Below, one piece after another: positions 57,040 through 64,000 of a stretch of DNA of 64,000 bases. This DNA is from an uncultured Muribaculaceae bacterium (GTDB taxonomy: Bacteria; Bacteroidota; Bacteroidia; Bacteroidales; UBA932), in NCBI GenBank assembly GCA_964385795.1, contig CAYLPY010000002.1, forward strand, positions 47,079-111,078. The letters are read 5' to 3'. A program made the translations under genes and the position numbers. Position 1 is the stretch's first letter, and each line of letters begins with the position of its first letter. Below the pieces are notes generated by a model. It was not told where the DNA came from, made no database searches, and was given only the letters and a program-made list of their open reading frames with translations.

Positions 57040-58905
57040 CTATTTCGCGGCTCTTCCGCTGTCCTGGACGAGAGACTTGACGGCCTTGTTGAGGGCTGAG
57101 GCTTCCAGCAGACTCTCAAGATTGAAGTGCAGCCGGAACTTCCACCTGTTGTGCGGGTCGGCGGGGTAGTTGATTCTCTCCACGCTGCGGTCCGAGCGGC
57201 GGAATCCGCCGTCGAGCGCTACCCAGTCCTGGATTGGGAAGATTGCGAGCATCGAAGGTGAGCACAGGAACTCCTGAAGGGCCTTCATTACCTCGTAAGG
57301 GGTAGGGTCTTCGGGGAACTGCATCCGGAGGGTCTCCATATCGTGGCTTGAAGTCGCGCAGACGCTCAAGTACTTCCACTCTCCCTCGTGCTCCATGCCG
57401 CGCATCTTGAGCGAGAGAATCTTCTCGTGCTCCATCACTCCCGGTACGCAGTCCGGCACCATCCCGAGGTCCTCGCCACAGGCGAGCATCCCGGTGGCGT
57501 TCAGCAGGGCAGGGAGCTTCTTCTCGGCGTTCTTTCTCCAGAACTCGTTGTGTCGGTGGAAGAAGAACTCGTTGTACAGCGCTCCGAACCTCTCCTGCTG
57601 CCACTGTGGCAGGTTCTGCGAGGCAGGGCTGATGAGCGGCTGGTACATTCCCGGATGACGCGGATCTTCGTGGAAGAGCCCCTCCCGAGGAAGTTGCATG
57701 AAGTATATTTCCTCGGCGGAATACGGCAGAGCGGGATTGAAATGCCCCTCGATGCCGCCGCGGCAGCCCACAGGAATCTCCCAGATGCGGAAGAACCCGA
57801 GGATGTGGTCGATTCTGAAGGCATCGAAGTAGCGGGACATCTTGCGCAGGCGGGATTTCCACCAGGCGTAGCCGTCCTTGGCCATTTCGTCCCAGTTGTA
57901 GGTCGGGAATCCCCAGTTCTGGCCATCGCGGCTGAAATAGTCAGGCGGGGCGCCGGCCGTTGAGTCGAGATTGAAAAGTTCCGGATGCCAGCAGGCCTCC
58001 GCGCTGTCTGCGCTTACCCCGATAGGCAGGTCCCCCTTGAGCGCGATGCCCTTCGAGCGGGCATACTTGGCTTCAGCATAGAACTGCTTGTCGAGATGCC
58101 ACTGCATCCATCTGTAATAGTCTTCTTCGAGGGAGTCCCTCCGTGCGCAGAAAGAGGCGTATTCGTCGAGCCAGCCAGAGTTCTCCTTGACGAAACTCCG
58201 GTATCCGGGGGTCTCCATATCCTTCTTGCCGCGCTGCTCGAAAGCCTGGCGGAGATAATTCATCTTAGCCTTGAATACTCGAGGGTAGTCGATTTCCGGC
58301 AGCTCGTTGAGCTCTTTCTGGAGCTTTCTGAATGCTGCGTTCTCCTTGATGCCGAGGCTCTGGAGATGGATGTAGAGCGGATGGAGGGCGAAGGAAGACA
58401 CCGGGCTGTACGGGTACGAGTCTTCCCATCCTCCCTTTCTGGTCGTATCGTTGACTGGCAGGAGCTGGATTATGCACTGTCCAGTCTGTGAAGCCCAGTC
58501 GATGAGTGCGTGGAGGTCTTTGAACTCGCCGATGCCGAAGTCGTTCTCGCTGCGCAGCGAGAAGACAGGGACGGCAGTGCCTGCACCCTTGAATCCCGGG
58601 GTGTCGAACATGGCCGCCTGATGCGCTCTCGGGAAAGGGCAGCCCTTGACGGGACAGTCAATCCAGCTGTCGTGGATGTCGCTGCTGACTCTGGATGAGT
58701 GGTTGCACCATTCGACTCTCCAGACAAGTCCCTCGCGAATGACGACATAGGAGTATGACTTGAGGTCTGCTGCGCTGCAGTGGTCCACGGTGACGTGCCA
58801 GAGGCCGCCGTCGCCCCATTCCATCCGGTAGGTCCTGCCACCGATGACGAGAGCGAGGTAGTCACCCCACTCTGTCATGTATTCGATGCTGAAATTTATT
58901 TTCAT
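57040..58905 (-). CDS. malQ: 4-alpha-glucanotransferase (GH77)
   Basis: GTAVPVFSLR, QLLPVNDT, LKGDLPIGV, QNWGFPTY, RIDHILGFFRIW, CGEDLG, SSHD. Confidence 0.93.
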   Translation of the reverse strand: MKINFSIEYMTEWGDYLALVIGGRTYRMEWGDGGLWHVTVDHCSAADLKSYSYVVIREGLVWRVEWCNHSSRVSSDIHDSWIDCPVKGCPFPRAHQAAMFDTPGFKGAGTAVPVFSLRSENDFGIGEFKDLHALIDWASQTGQCIIQLLPVNDTTRKGGWEDSYPYSPVSSFALHPLYIHLQSLGIKENAAFRKLQKELNELPEIDYPRVFKAKMNYLRQAFEQRGKKDMETPGYRSFVKENSGWLDEYASFCARRDSLEEDYYRWMQWHLDKQFYAEAKYARSKGIALKGDLPIGVSADSAEACWHPELFNLDSTAGAPPDYFSRDGQNWGFPTYNWDEMAKDGYAWWKSRLRKMSRYFDAFRIDHILGFFRIWEIPVGCRGGIEGHFNPALPYSAEEIYFMQLPREGLFHEDPRHPGMYQPLISPASQNLPQWQQERFGALYNEFFFHRHNEFWRKNAEKKLPALLNATGMLACGEDLGMVPDCVPGVMEHEKILSLKMRGMEHEGEWKYLSVCATSSHDMETLRMQFPEDPTPYEVMKALQEFLCSPSMLAIFPIQDWVALDGGFRRSDRSVERINYPADPHNRWKFRLHFNLESLLEASALNKAVKSLVQDSGRAAK

Positions 58906-59018
58906 GACGGTTAAAATCGCGTAAATATAATGATAAAATGCGCCATTTCAAGTCTATGAAGTGCAGCTTTGAAACTTGGGGAAAGTGTCCCCGGTGGATG
59001 GCGTGAGCATATTTTGTA

Positions 59019-59026
59019 TATATTTG
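59019..59026 (+). promoter_or_regulatory. -7 promoter box (folE)
   Basis: TATATTTG(CA), 5 bp before the ATG. Confidence 0.65.
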
Positions 59027-59031
59027 CAACT

Positions 59032-59616
59032 ATGATTACGGAAGATCAGGCACGCCGCGATATCCGCGAGCTGCTGGAATACATAGGTGAAAACCCCGAC
59101 AGGACCGGTCTTGCAGAGACTCCTGAAAGGATGCTCAAGATGTTCAGGGAAATCTTTCGCGGCTATGACGAGACTCAGAAGCCGACGGTGACCACTTTTC
59201 CGAACGGGCAGGACGGCATCGTCTATGACGACATGGTAGTGGACAGCGGCACGTTCTACTCGATATGCGAGCATCACTGCAGGAGCTTCTTCGGAGACTA
59301 CTGGTTCGCCTACCTTCCGAACCCGAAGGGAAGGATTCTGGGGCTGTCGAAGATAGGCAGGGTGGTGGATTACTGCGCTTCACGCCTACAGGTGCAGGAA
59401 CGGCTCGTGCACGATGTGGTCGATACTCTCTCCGAGGCTCTAGGCAGCGACAATCCTCCGCGCGGGATGGCTCTGATGATGAGAGGACGGCATCTCTGTA
59501 AGGAGGGGAGAGGTGCACGCAAGAGCGGCGTGATGACCACGACCTGCCTGACCGGAGCTTTCCGGAACGACCCCCGCGTCCGTGCGGAGTTCCTCTCCTA
59601 CATAAAGCAGGAGTAG
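59032..59616 (+). CDS. folE: GTP cyclohydrolase I, divergent type
   Basis: GL.ETP.R, CEHH, GLSK..R, RLQVQERL, H.C; ATG 59032 follows a -7 box at 59019. Confidence 0.9.
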   Translation: MITEDQARRDIRELLEYIGENPDRTGLAETPERMLKMFREIFRGYDETQKPTVTTFPNGQDGIVYDDMVVDSGTFYSICEHHCRSFFGDYWFAYLPNPKGRILGLSKIGRVVDYCASRLQVQERLVHDVVDTLSEALGSDNPPRGMALMMRGRHLCKEGRGARKSGVMTTTCLTGAFRNDPRVRAEFLSYIKQE

Positions 59617-59641
59617 TAAATGACTTGTGAAGAGGGGCTGG

Positions 59642-60436
59642 CTACAGTCTGTAGTAGCTTGAGAGTATCTTTGCGAAGATGCTCGGTGGAAGTATCCCTT
59701 TCAGAAAGACGGAGAGCCTCTGCTCCAACGTCGCCACGATGTAGTGGTAGCGCGGATTCTTCTTCTTGACAATCGATGAAATCTTGGCGGCGAGCACGTC
59801 CGGAGTGAGCCCAGACGACTCGTCGTGCTCTATCTTGGAAAGCGATTCCGCATAGGATTTGTAGACCTTGAGAGCTTCGTCGTTGTTGACGCTCTTGCGC
59901 ACTGCGGTGAAGCCTGTCGAGAAGTCTCCGGGTTCGACAACCACGACCTTGATACCGAATGCCTTGGTCTCGAGACGAAGAGCTTCGCAATAGCCTTCAA
60001 TAGCGTATTTCGACGCAGAGTACAGCCCCTGGAACGGAAGACCCATAAGGCCGCCTATGGAACTGATACAGATTATCTTGCCTCCGCCTTGACGGCGCAT
60101 AACAGGGACCACGGAATGCAGGAATCTGACCATCCCCATCCAGTTGACGTCCATCTGCCTCTCCGCGTCCTGCAGCGAGGAGAACTCGAGCGGACCGCCT
60201 ATACCCATGCCGGCGTTGTTGATGAAGACGTCAATCCGTCCTTCGGCTTCCATGACCTGGGTCACTGCTGCCTCGACCTGCGCCTCGTCGGATGAATCCG
60301 CTTTGATGTAGACTACTCCGGGAATCCGGGCAACGTCGCGGCGGTGGGTTCCGTAGACCTTGTGTCCATCAGCGGACAGTCGCTCTGCCATCGCCTTCCC
60401 GAATCCGGAACTGATGCCTGTGATGAGGATGACCAT
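59642..60436 (-). CDS. SDR oxidoreductase, probable 3-ketodihydrosphingosine (ketosphinganine) reductase
   Basis: TGISSGFG, NNAGMGIGG, YSASK, EPGDFSTGFT; 6 bp downstream of spt; resembles the recalled Bacteroides KDSR sequence. Confidence 0.7.
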   Translation of the reverse strand: MVILITGISSGFGKAMAERLSADGHKVYGTHRRDVARIPGVVYIKADSSDEAQVEAAVTQVMEAEGRIDVFINNAGMGIGGPLEFSSLQDAERQMDVNWMGMVRFLHSVVPVMRRQGGGKIICISSIGGLMGLPFQGLYSASKYAIEGYCEALRLETKAFGIKVVVVEPGDFSTGFTAVRKSVNNDEALKVYKSYAESLSKIEHDESSGLTPDVLAAKISSIVKKKNPRYHYIVATLEQRLSVFLKGILPPSIFAKILSSYYRL

Positions 60437-60442
60437 CTGCGC

Positions 60443-61636
60443 CTATGCGATTAGGCCTTCCTCTTTGAAGATGGCGGTGAGTTTTTCGACGGCTTCGTCG
60501 ACCTGTGCGATGTTGTGCGTGGCCATGAGAGCGAAGCGGATGAGCACGTCGCTTTCAGGGACGGCAGGGGCGATGACAGGGGTGATGAAGACTCCTACCT
60601 CGTAGGCCTTGCGCACGATTCTCATCGCCTTGATGGTGTCGCGGACGAAGAGCGGGATGATAGGGGACTGAGTGTGACCTGTGTCGAAACCGTTGTCCTT
60701 GAATGCTTTCTGTGCGTGTCTTGTGACTTTCCAGAGGTTCTCTCTGCGCTCCGGCTCGTTGATCATGATGTCGAGAGCCGCGGATGCAGCAGCGACTGCC
60801 GCCGGGGTCATGGATGCGCTGAAGATGAGAGAGCGTGAGTTGTGCTTGAGGTATTCGATGACCTCCTTGTCTCCGGCGATGAATCCTCCGAGCGAGCCGA
60901 AACTCTTGGAGAAGGTGCCCATGATGAGGTCTGTCTTGTCGGTGAGACCGTAGTGGCTTGCGGTGCCTGAACCGTTCTCGCCGATGACTCCGAGTCCGTG
61001 TGCGTCGTCGACCATCACGGAGGCGTTATATTTCTCGCAGAGTCTCACCAGTTCAGGGAGCGGGGCGATGTCTCCTTCCATCGAGTATACGCCGTCCACT
61101 GCGATGAGTTTCGGGGCATCCGCAGGTGCGAGGGCGAGCTTCTTCTCGAGGGCCTCAATGTCGTTGTGCTTGAATTTGCGGACTTCGGCAAATCCGAGGC
61201 GGCTGCCGTCGATGATACAGGCGTGGTCAAGCGCGTCAAGGAAGGTGTATCCTCCCTTGAACCCGAGGCAGCTGAGAACTCCAAGGTTAACCTGGAATCC
61301 GGTGCTGTAGGTGACGGCTTCGTCTTTGCCTACAAACTTCGCGAGTTTGGCTTCAAGCTCCTCGTGGATGTCGAGCGTTCCGTTGAGGAAGCGGCTTCCG
61401 GAGCAGCTTGTTCCGTATTTGTGTATCGCCGCGATTGCGGCTTCTTTGAGTCGTGGGTCGTCAGAGAGACCGAGATATGAATTGGAGCCGAACATCAGGA
61501 CTTTCTTGCCGTCGGCCATGGTGACCACGGGGTCCTGTCCGGAGGAAATAGGTCTGTAGTAAGGGTAGATTCCGAGGGCTTTAACTTCTTGTGGGACTGT
61601 GTATTTAGCACAAATATTATTCAGATTTTTCTTCAT
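60443..61636 (-). CDS. spt: Serine palmitoyltransferase (AOS family, PLP)
   Basis: YPY.R.I, KVLMFGSNSYLGL, GSRFLNGTLD, STGFQVNLG, DHACI, GTFSKS, HNSRS.IFSAS typical of Bacteroidota SPT rather than BioF/Kbl; start ATG 61636. Confidence 0.88.
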   Translation of the reverse strand: MKKNLNNICAKYTVPQEVKALGIYPYYRPISSGQDPVVTMADGKKVLMFGSNSYLGLSDDPRLKEAAIAAIHKYGTSCSGSRFLNGTLDIHEELEAKLAKFVGKDEAVTYSTGFQVNLGVLSCLGFKGGYTFLDALDHACIIDGSRLGFAEVRKFKHNDIEALEKKLALAPADAPKLIAVDGVYSMEGDIAPLPELVRLCEKYNASVMVDDAHGLGVIGENGSGTASHYGLTDKTDLIMGTFSKSFGSLGGFIAGDKEVIEYLKHNSRSLIFSASMTPAAVAAASAALDIMINEPERRENLWKVTRHAQKAFKDNGFDTGHTQSPIIPLFVRDTIKAMRIVRKAYEVGVFITPVIAPAVPESDVLIRFALMATHNIAQVDEAVEKLTAIFKEEGLIA

Positions 61637-61669
61637 CAGAAATAGGATTAAATCATTAGTACAATATCG

Positions 61670-61677
61670 CAAATATA
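61670..61677 (-). promoter_or_regulatory. -7 promoter box (spt-SDR operon)
   Basis: TATATTTG(CG) on the minus strand. Confidence 0.7.
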
Positions 61678-61836
61678 CAAAAAAATTAAATACTCCATCT
61701 TTTGCCTGCCTCTGGCTGACTTGTCTACTTCTGCTTCGGCTGTGGAACTGCTGCCGCCGCTCTTTGTTTGCTGTTAGCCGTGCATTCTTCGCAATTATGG
61801 ACTTGGATTATGTCTTTGCACAAAACAACTATGGCA

Positions 61837-61864
61837 AAGGCCACGACTATGAAGTCGTGGCCTT
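61837..61864 (-). terminator. Hairpin terminator after the S9 peptidase
   Basis: Perfect 12-bp stem AAGGCCACGACT-N4-AGTCGTGGCCTT. Confidence 0.75.
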
Positions 61865-61896
61865 GCAGTGTGTTGCCAGAATGTCGGAGGCAGGCG

Positions 61897-64000
61897 CTAT
61901 TCCGCGTATTCGTAGCCGAAGTAGCTGCCCTTGCGCTCATAAGGGATACCGGACTTCATCCAGACCGGCTCCGGAGCACCCTGCAGGTAGTGGTCGAAGA
62001 ACTGCTGAAGCCTGACGGAAAGGTCCTTGCAGTTGCGCCTTTCGCGGAGGTTATGCGCCTCGTTGTTGTATTCCAAGAGCCATGAAGGCTTTCCGAGACG
62101 TCTTAGCGACATGAAGAACTCGATGCCTTGGTACCATGGAACGGCGCCGTCGGCATCATTGTGCATGATGAGCACAGGAGTCTTCACCGCAGGAGCGAAG
62201 AACACCGGCGAGTTCTCTATGTAGAGGTCAAGCCCGCCCTTGTCCCAGAGAGTGGCTCCGATACGGCTCTGGCCATGTTCATACTGGCTGATGCGGCTGT
62301 TGCCGGACTCCCAGCGGATGCCGCCGTAGGCGCTGGTCATGTTGCCCACCGGAGCTCCTGCACCGGCCGCTGCGAACATGTCTGTGCAGGTCACGAGGTA
62401 GGCCACCTGGTAGCCGCCCCAGCTCTGGCCCTGGATGGCCATGCGCGACTTGTCGATGAAGCTGTATTCCGCGCACATGGCCTCAGCACCTGCACAGATG
62501 CAGTTGTATGCGCTCTTGCCGGGATGTCCCACCTTGTAGACAATGTCCGGCACGAAGACAACGTAGCCTCGGCTGACGTAGAACGGTATGTTGATTATGG
62601 AACGGCTTGGCGCGGGTGAGTAGTAGTTGTAGAGAGTTTCGGAATTCTTTTCGTAGAAGTAGACCATCATAGGGTACTTCTTTGTAGTGTCGAGATTCTC
62701 CGGGGTGTAGAGGAGGCCTTTGAGCGGCGTGCCGTCGTAGGCCTTCCAGTGGACGAGCTTCACATCTCCCCAGATATAGCCATCCTGCTGAGAATTGAGC
62801 CCGGTGAGCCGGGTCCCTTCATCCTTGACGATGTCGGAAGAGGTGTAGAGGTCCATCGGGTGACGGAAATCTCCTTTGAGGTACGCGAACACTTCGGCGT
62901 GAGCAGCCTTCAGGGTCATCAGGAAGGAATTCTCCGCCGTGAATCCGACAGGCACGCTCGGCTTTGCGAGGTCCGCCACCGCATAACCGTTTCTGGAAGT
63001 CTCCTCGCTGAAAGCGCTCAAGTAGAGCTTGCCTTTCCTGGCGAGATTGCGGTTGTCCAGGTACAGATAAGGATTCCGTTCTGGGGCACCGAGGCTGACC
63101 ACGCTGTAGTCGGTCCTGGTCCTGCGCCCCTCTCCCTTCGTGAGATTCTCTGTCTTCCTGCCGTCCGGAGAGAATCTCCACACGTCGTAGCGGTCCTCTA
63201 TGAGGAGGTTCTCGTCGTCGTTTCCCTGCCAGTCCGGGTAGGAGTATGGCTGATAGCCGGCCGGATGATCGTCTTCCTCGTCCCAGAACTTGACTCCGGT
63301 TCCTGCGGTGAGGTTCACCTTGTCACCGGTCGCCACATTCCAGCAGTACCAGTCACCGTCTTCCGGGTTGAACCACGTGAGATACTTTCCCGAAGGTGAC
63401 GCGAGTACCGTCCCGATATTGCCTTTGGCGAGGCTTCTTCTGCTGCCGTCCGTGAGGCTGACCACGGAGATGTCCATCTTGGCCGCTGCCTCCCAAAGAG
63501 ACTCCACAGCGTAGTCTTTAGTGTCCATCGAGATGGCGTAGTCTCCGTCTGCGCCGGCAGGGAGTGTCACGCGGTCCAAAGGTGACTTCGAAAGCACCAG
63601 CAAAGAACCGGTCTCGCCGGAGAGATTGACCACCGCTTTCAGAAACTCCATCGAAGGAGTGGCCTTGTCCATAGGCGGGAGCCTGTAGGCGTCGTAGTTC
63701 CAGATGTCGAGGGATGCCGTCTCGAACGAGACGAGGGTGGTGTCCTTGGCCGGGAAATATCTGTTGAGGTTGAGAACGAGTCTCCCGTTGCCGTTGGAGA
63801 AGAGCGGTGTGGCGTTCTTGCCTATGACCCACCCCTCCGGAAGTGCGGAATCGGTGGCGGACACCACCTCGCTTGTCCGCACTTCCTTGACTGCCGGAGA
63901 GCGGCGTGTGGCTTTCTTGAGAGTGACTTCCCTTGCAAGGTTCACAGAATAACGCGGCGTTCCGTCAAGTTTCTCGTCGCTGTCTGAAGCGAGGAAGACC
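61897..64000 (-). CDS. S9 prolyl-oligopeptidase-family peptidase, 5' end outside window
   Basis: GQSWGGY nucleophile elbow, HNDADGAV, EAHNL; frame open to the window edge. Confidence 0.92.
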   Translation of the reverse strand, partial: VFLASDSDEKLDGTPRYSVNLAREVTLKKATRRSPAVKEVRTSEVVSATDSALPEGWVIGKNATPLFSNGNGRLVLNLNRYFPAKDTTLVSFETASLDIWNYDAYRLPPMDKATPSMEFLKAVVNLSGETGSLLVLSKSPLDRVTLPAGADGDYAISMDTKDYAVESLWEAAAKMDISVVSLTDGSRRSLAKGNIGTVLASPSGKYLTWFNPEDGDWYCWNVATGDKVNLTAGTGVKFWDEEDDHPAGYQPYSYPDWQGNDDENLLIEDRYDVWRFSPDGRKTENLTKGEGRRTRTDYSVVSLGAPERNPYLYLDNRNLARKGKLYLSAFSEETSRNGYAVADLAKPSVPVGFTAENSFLMTLKAAHAEVFAYLKGDFRHPMDLYTSSDIVKDEGTRLTGLNSQQDGYIWGDVKLVHWKAYDGTPLKGLLYTPENLDTTKKYPMMVYFYEKNSETLYNYYSPAPSRSIINIPFYVSRGYVVFVPDIVYKVGHPGKSAYNCICAGAEAMCAEYSFIDKSRMAIQGQSWGGYQVAYLVTCTDMFAAAGAGAPVGNMTSAYGGIRWESGNSRISQYEHGQSRIGATLWDKGGLDLYIENSPVFFAPAVKTPVLIMHNDADGAVPWYQGIEFFMSLRRLGKPSWLLEYNNEAHNLRERRNCKDLSVRLQQFFDHYLQGAPEPVWMKSGIPYERKGSYFGYEYAE

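Noticed and set aside
60443-61636. 8-amino-7-oxononanoate synthase (bioF) or kbl call
   Set aside because: The motifs fit Bacteroidota SPT better, there are no biotin or tdh genes nearby, and the adjacent gene is KDSR-like.
61680-61835. Small ORF or sRNA upstream of spt (71-aa and 138-aa ORF calls)
   Set aside because: The ORFs cross a terminator or neighbouring genes, have no plausible start context and show no clear fold; left unassigned.

Overview
Core-chromosome segment of a GC-rich gut/rumen-type Bacteroidales (Bacteroidota) genome. The taxon is inferred from many TAnnTTTG -7 promoter boxes, A/T-rich leaders and Bacteroidales-type proteins. It holds about 47 tightly packed genes, mostly housekeeping: DNA repair/replication (mutS, mfd, ruvA, ruvB, dnaE), translation (rsmA, ychF, hflX, ybeY, mnmG, glyQS), Fe-S (mrp, sufS-sufE-sufT), folate/thymidylate (folA, thyA, folK, folE), sugar catabolism (galK, galM, uxuAB, malQ, a GH106-GH28 fusion), envelope (secDF, ppiD, lptC, tonB, FadL-like OMP, yfhO-GT4) and sphingolipid synthesis (spt plus an adjacent ketosphinganine-reductase-like SDR). 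I found no transposase, integrase, prophage, tRNA, rRNA or CRISPR array. Best leads: (1) a candidate replication origin in the A/T-rich mfd-ruvB spacer with clustered DnaA-box-like 9-mers, plus a near-perfect parS inside mnmG; (2) a ThiL homologue that has lost most catalytic aspartates and is translationally coupled to glycyl-tRNA synthetase, and a CoaX lacking its first-motif Asp; (3) a contiguous spt-KDSR operon; (4) a metallopeptidase/beta-propeller/beta-barrel outer-membrane protein; (5) sdhAB/frdAB with no membrane-anchor gene; (6) an orphan structured element between sdhB and hflX. All calls rest on motif reading and recalled family knowledge; no database search was run.
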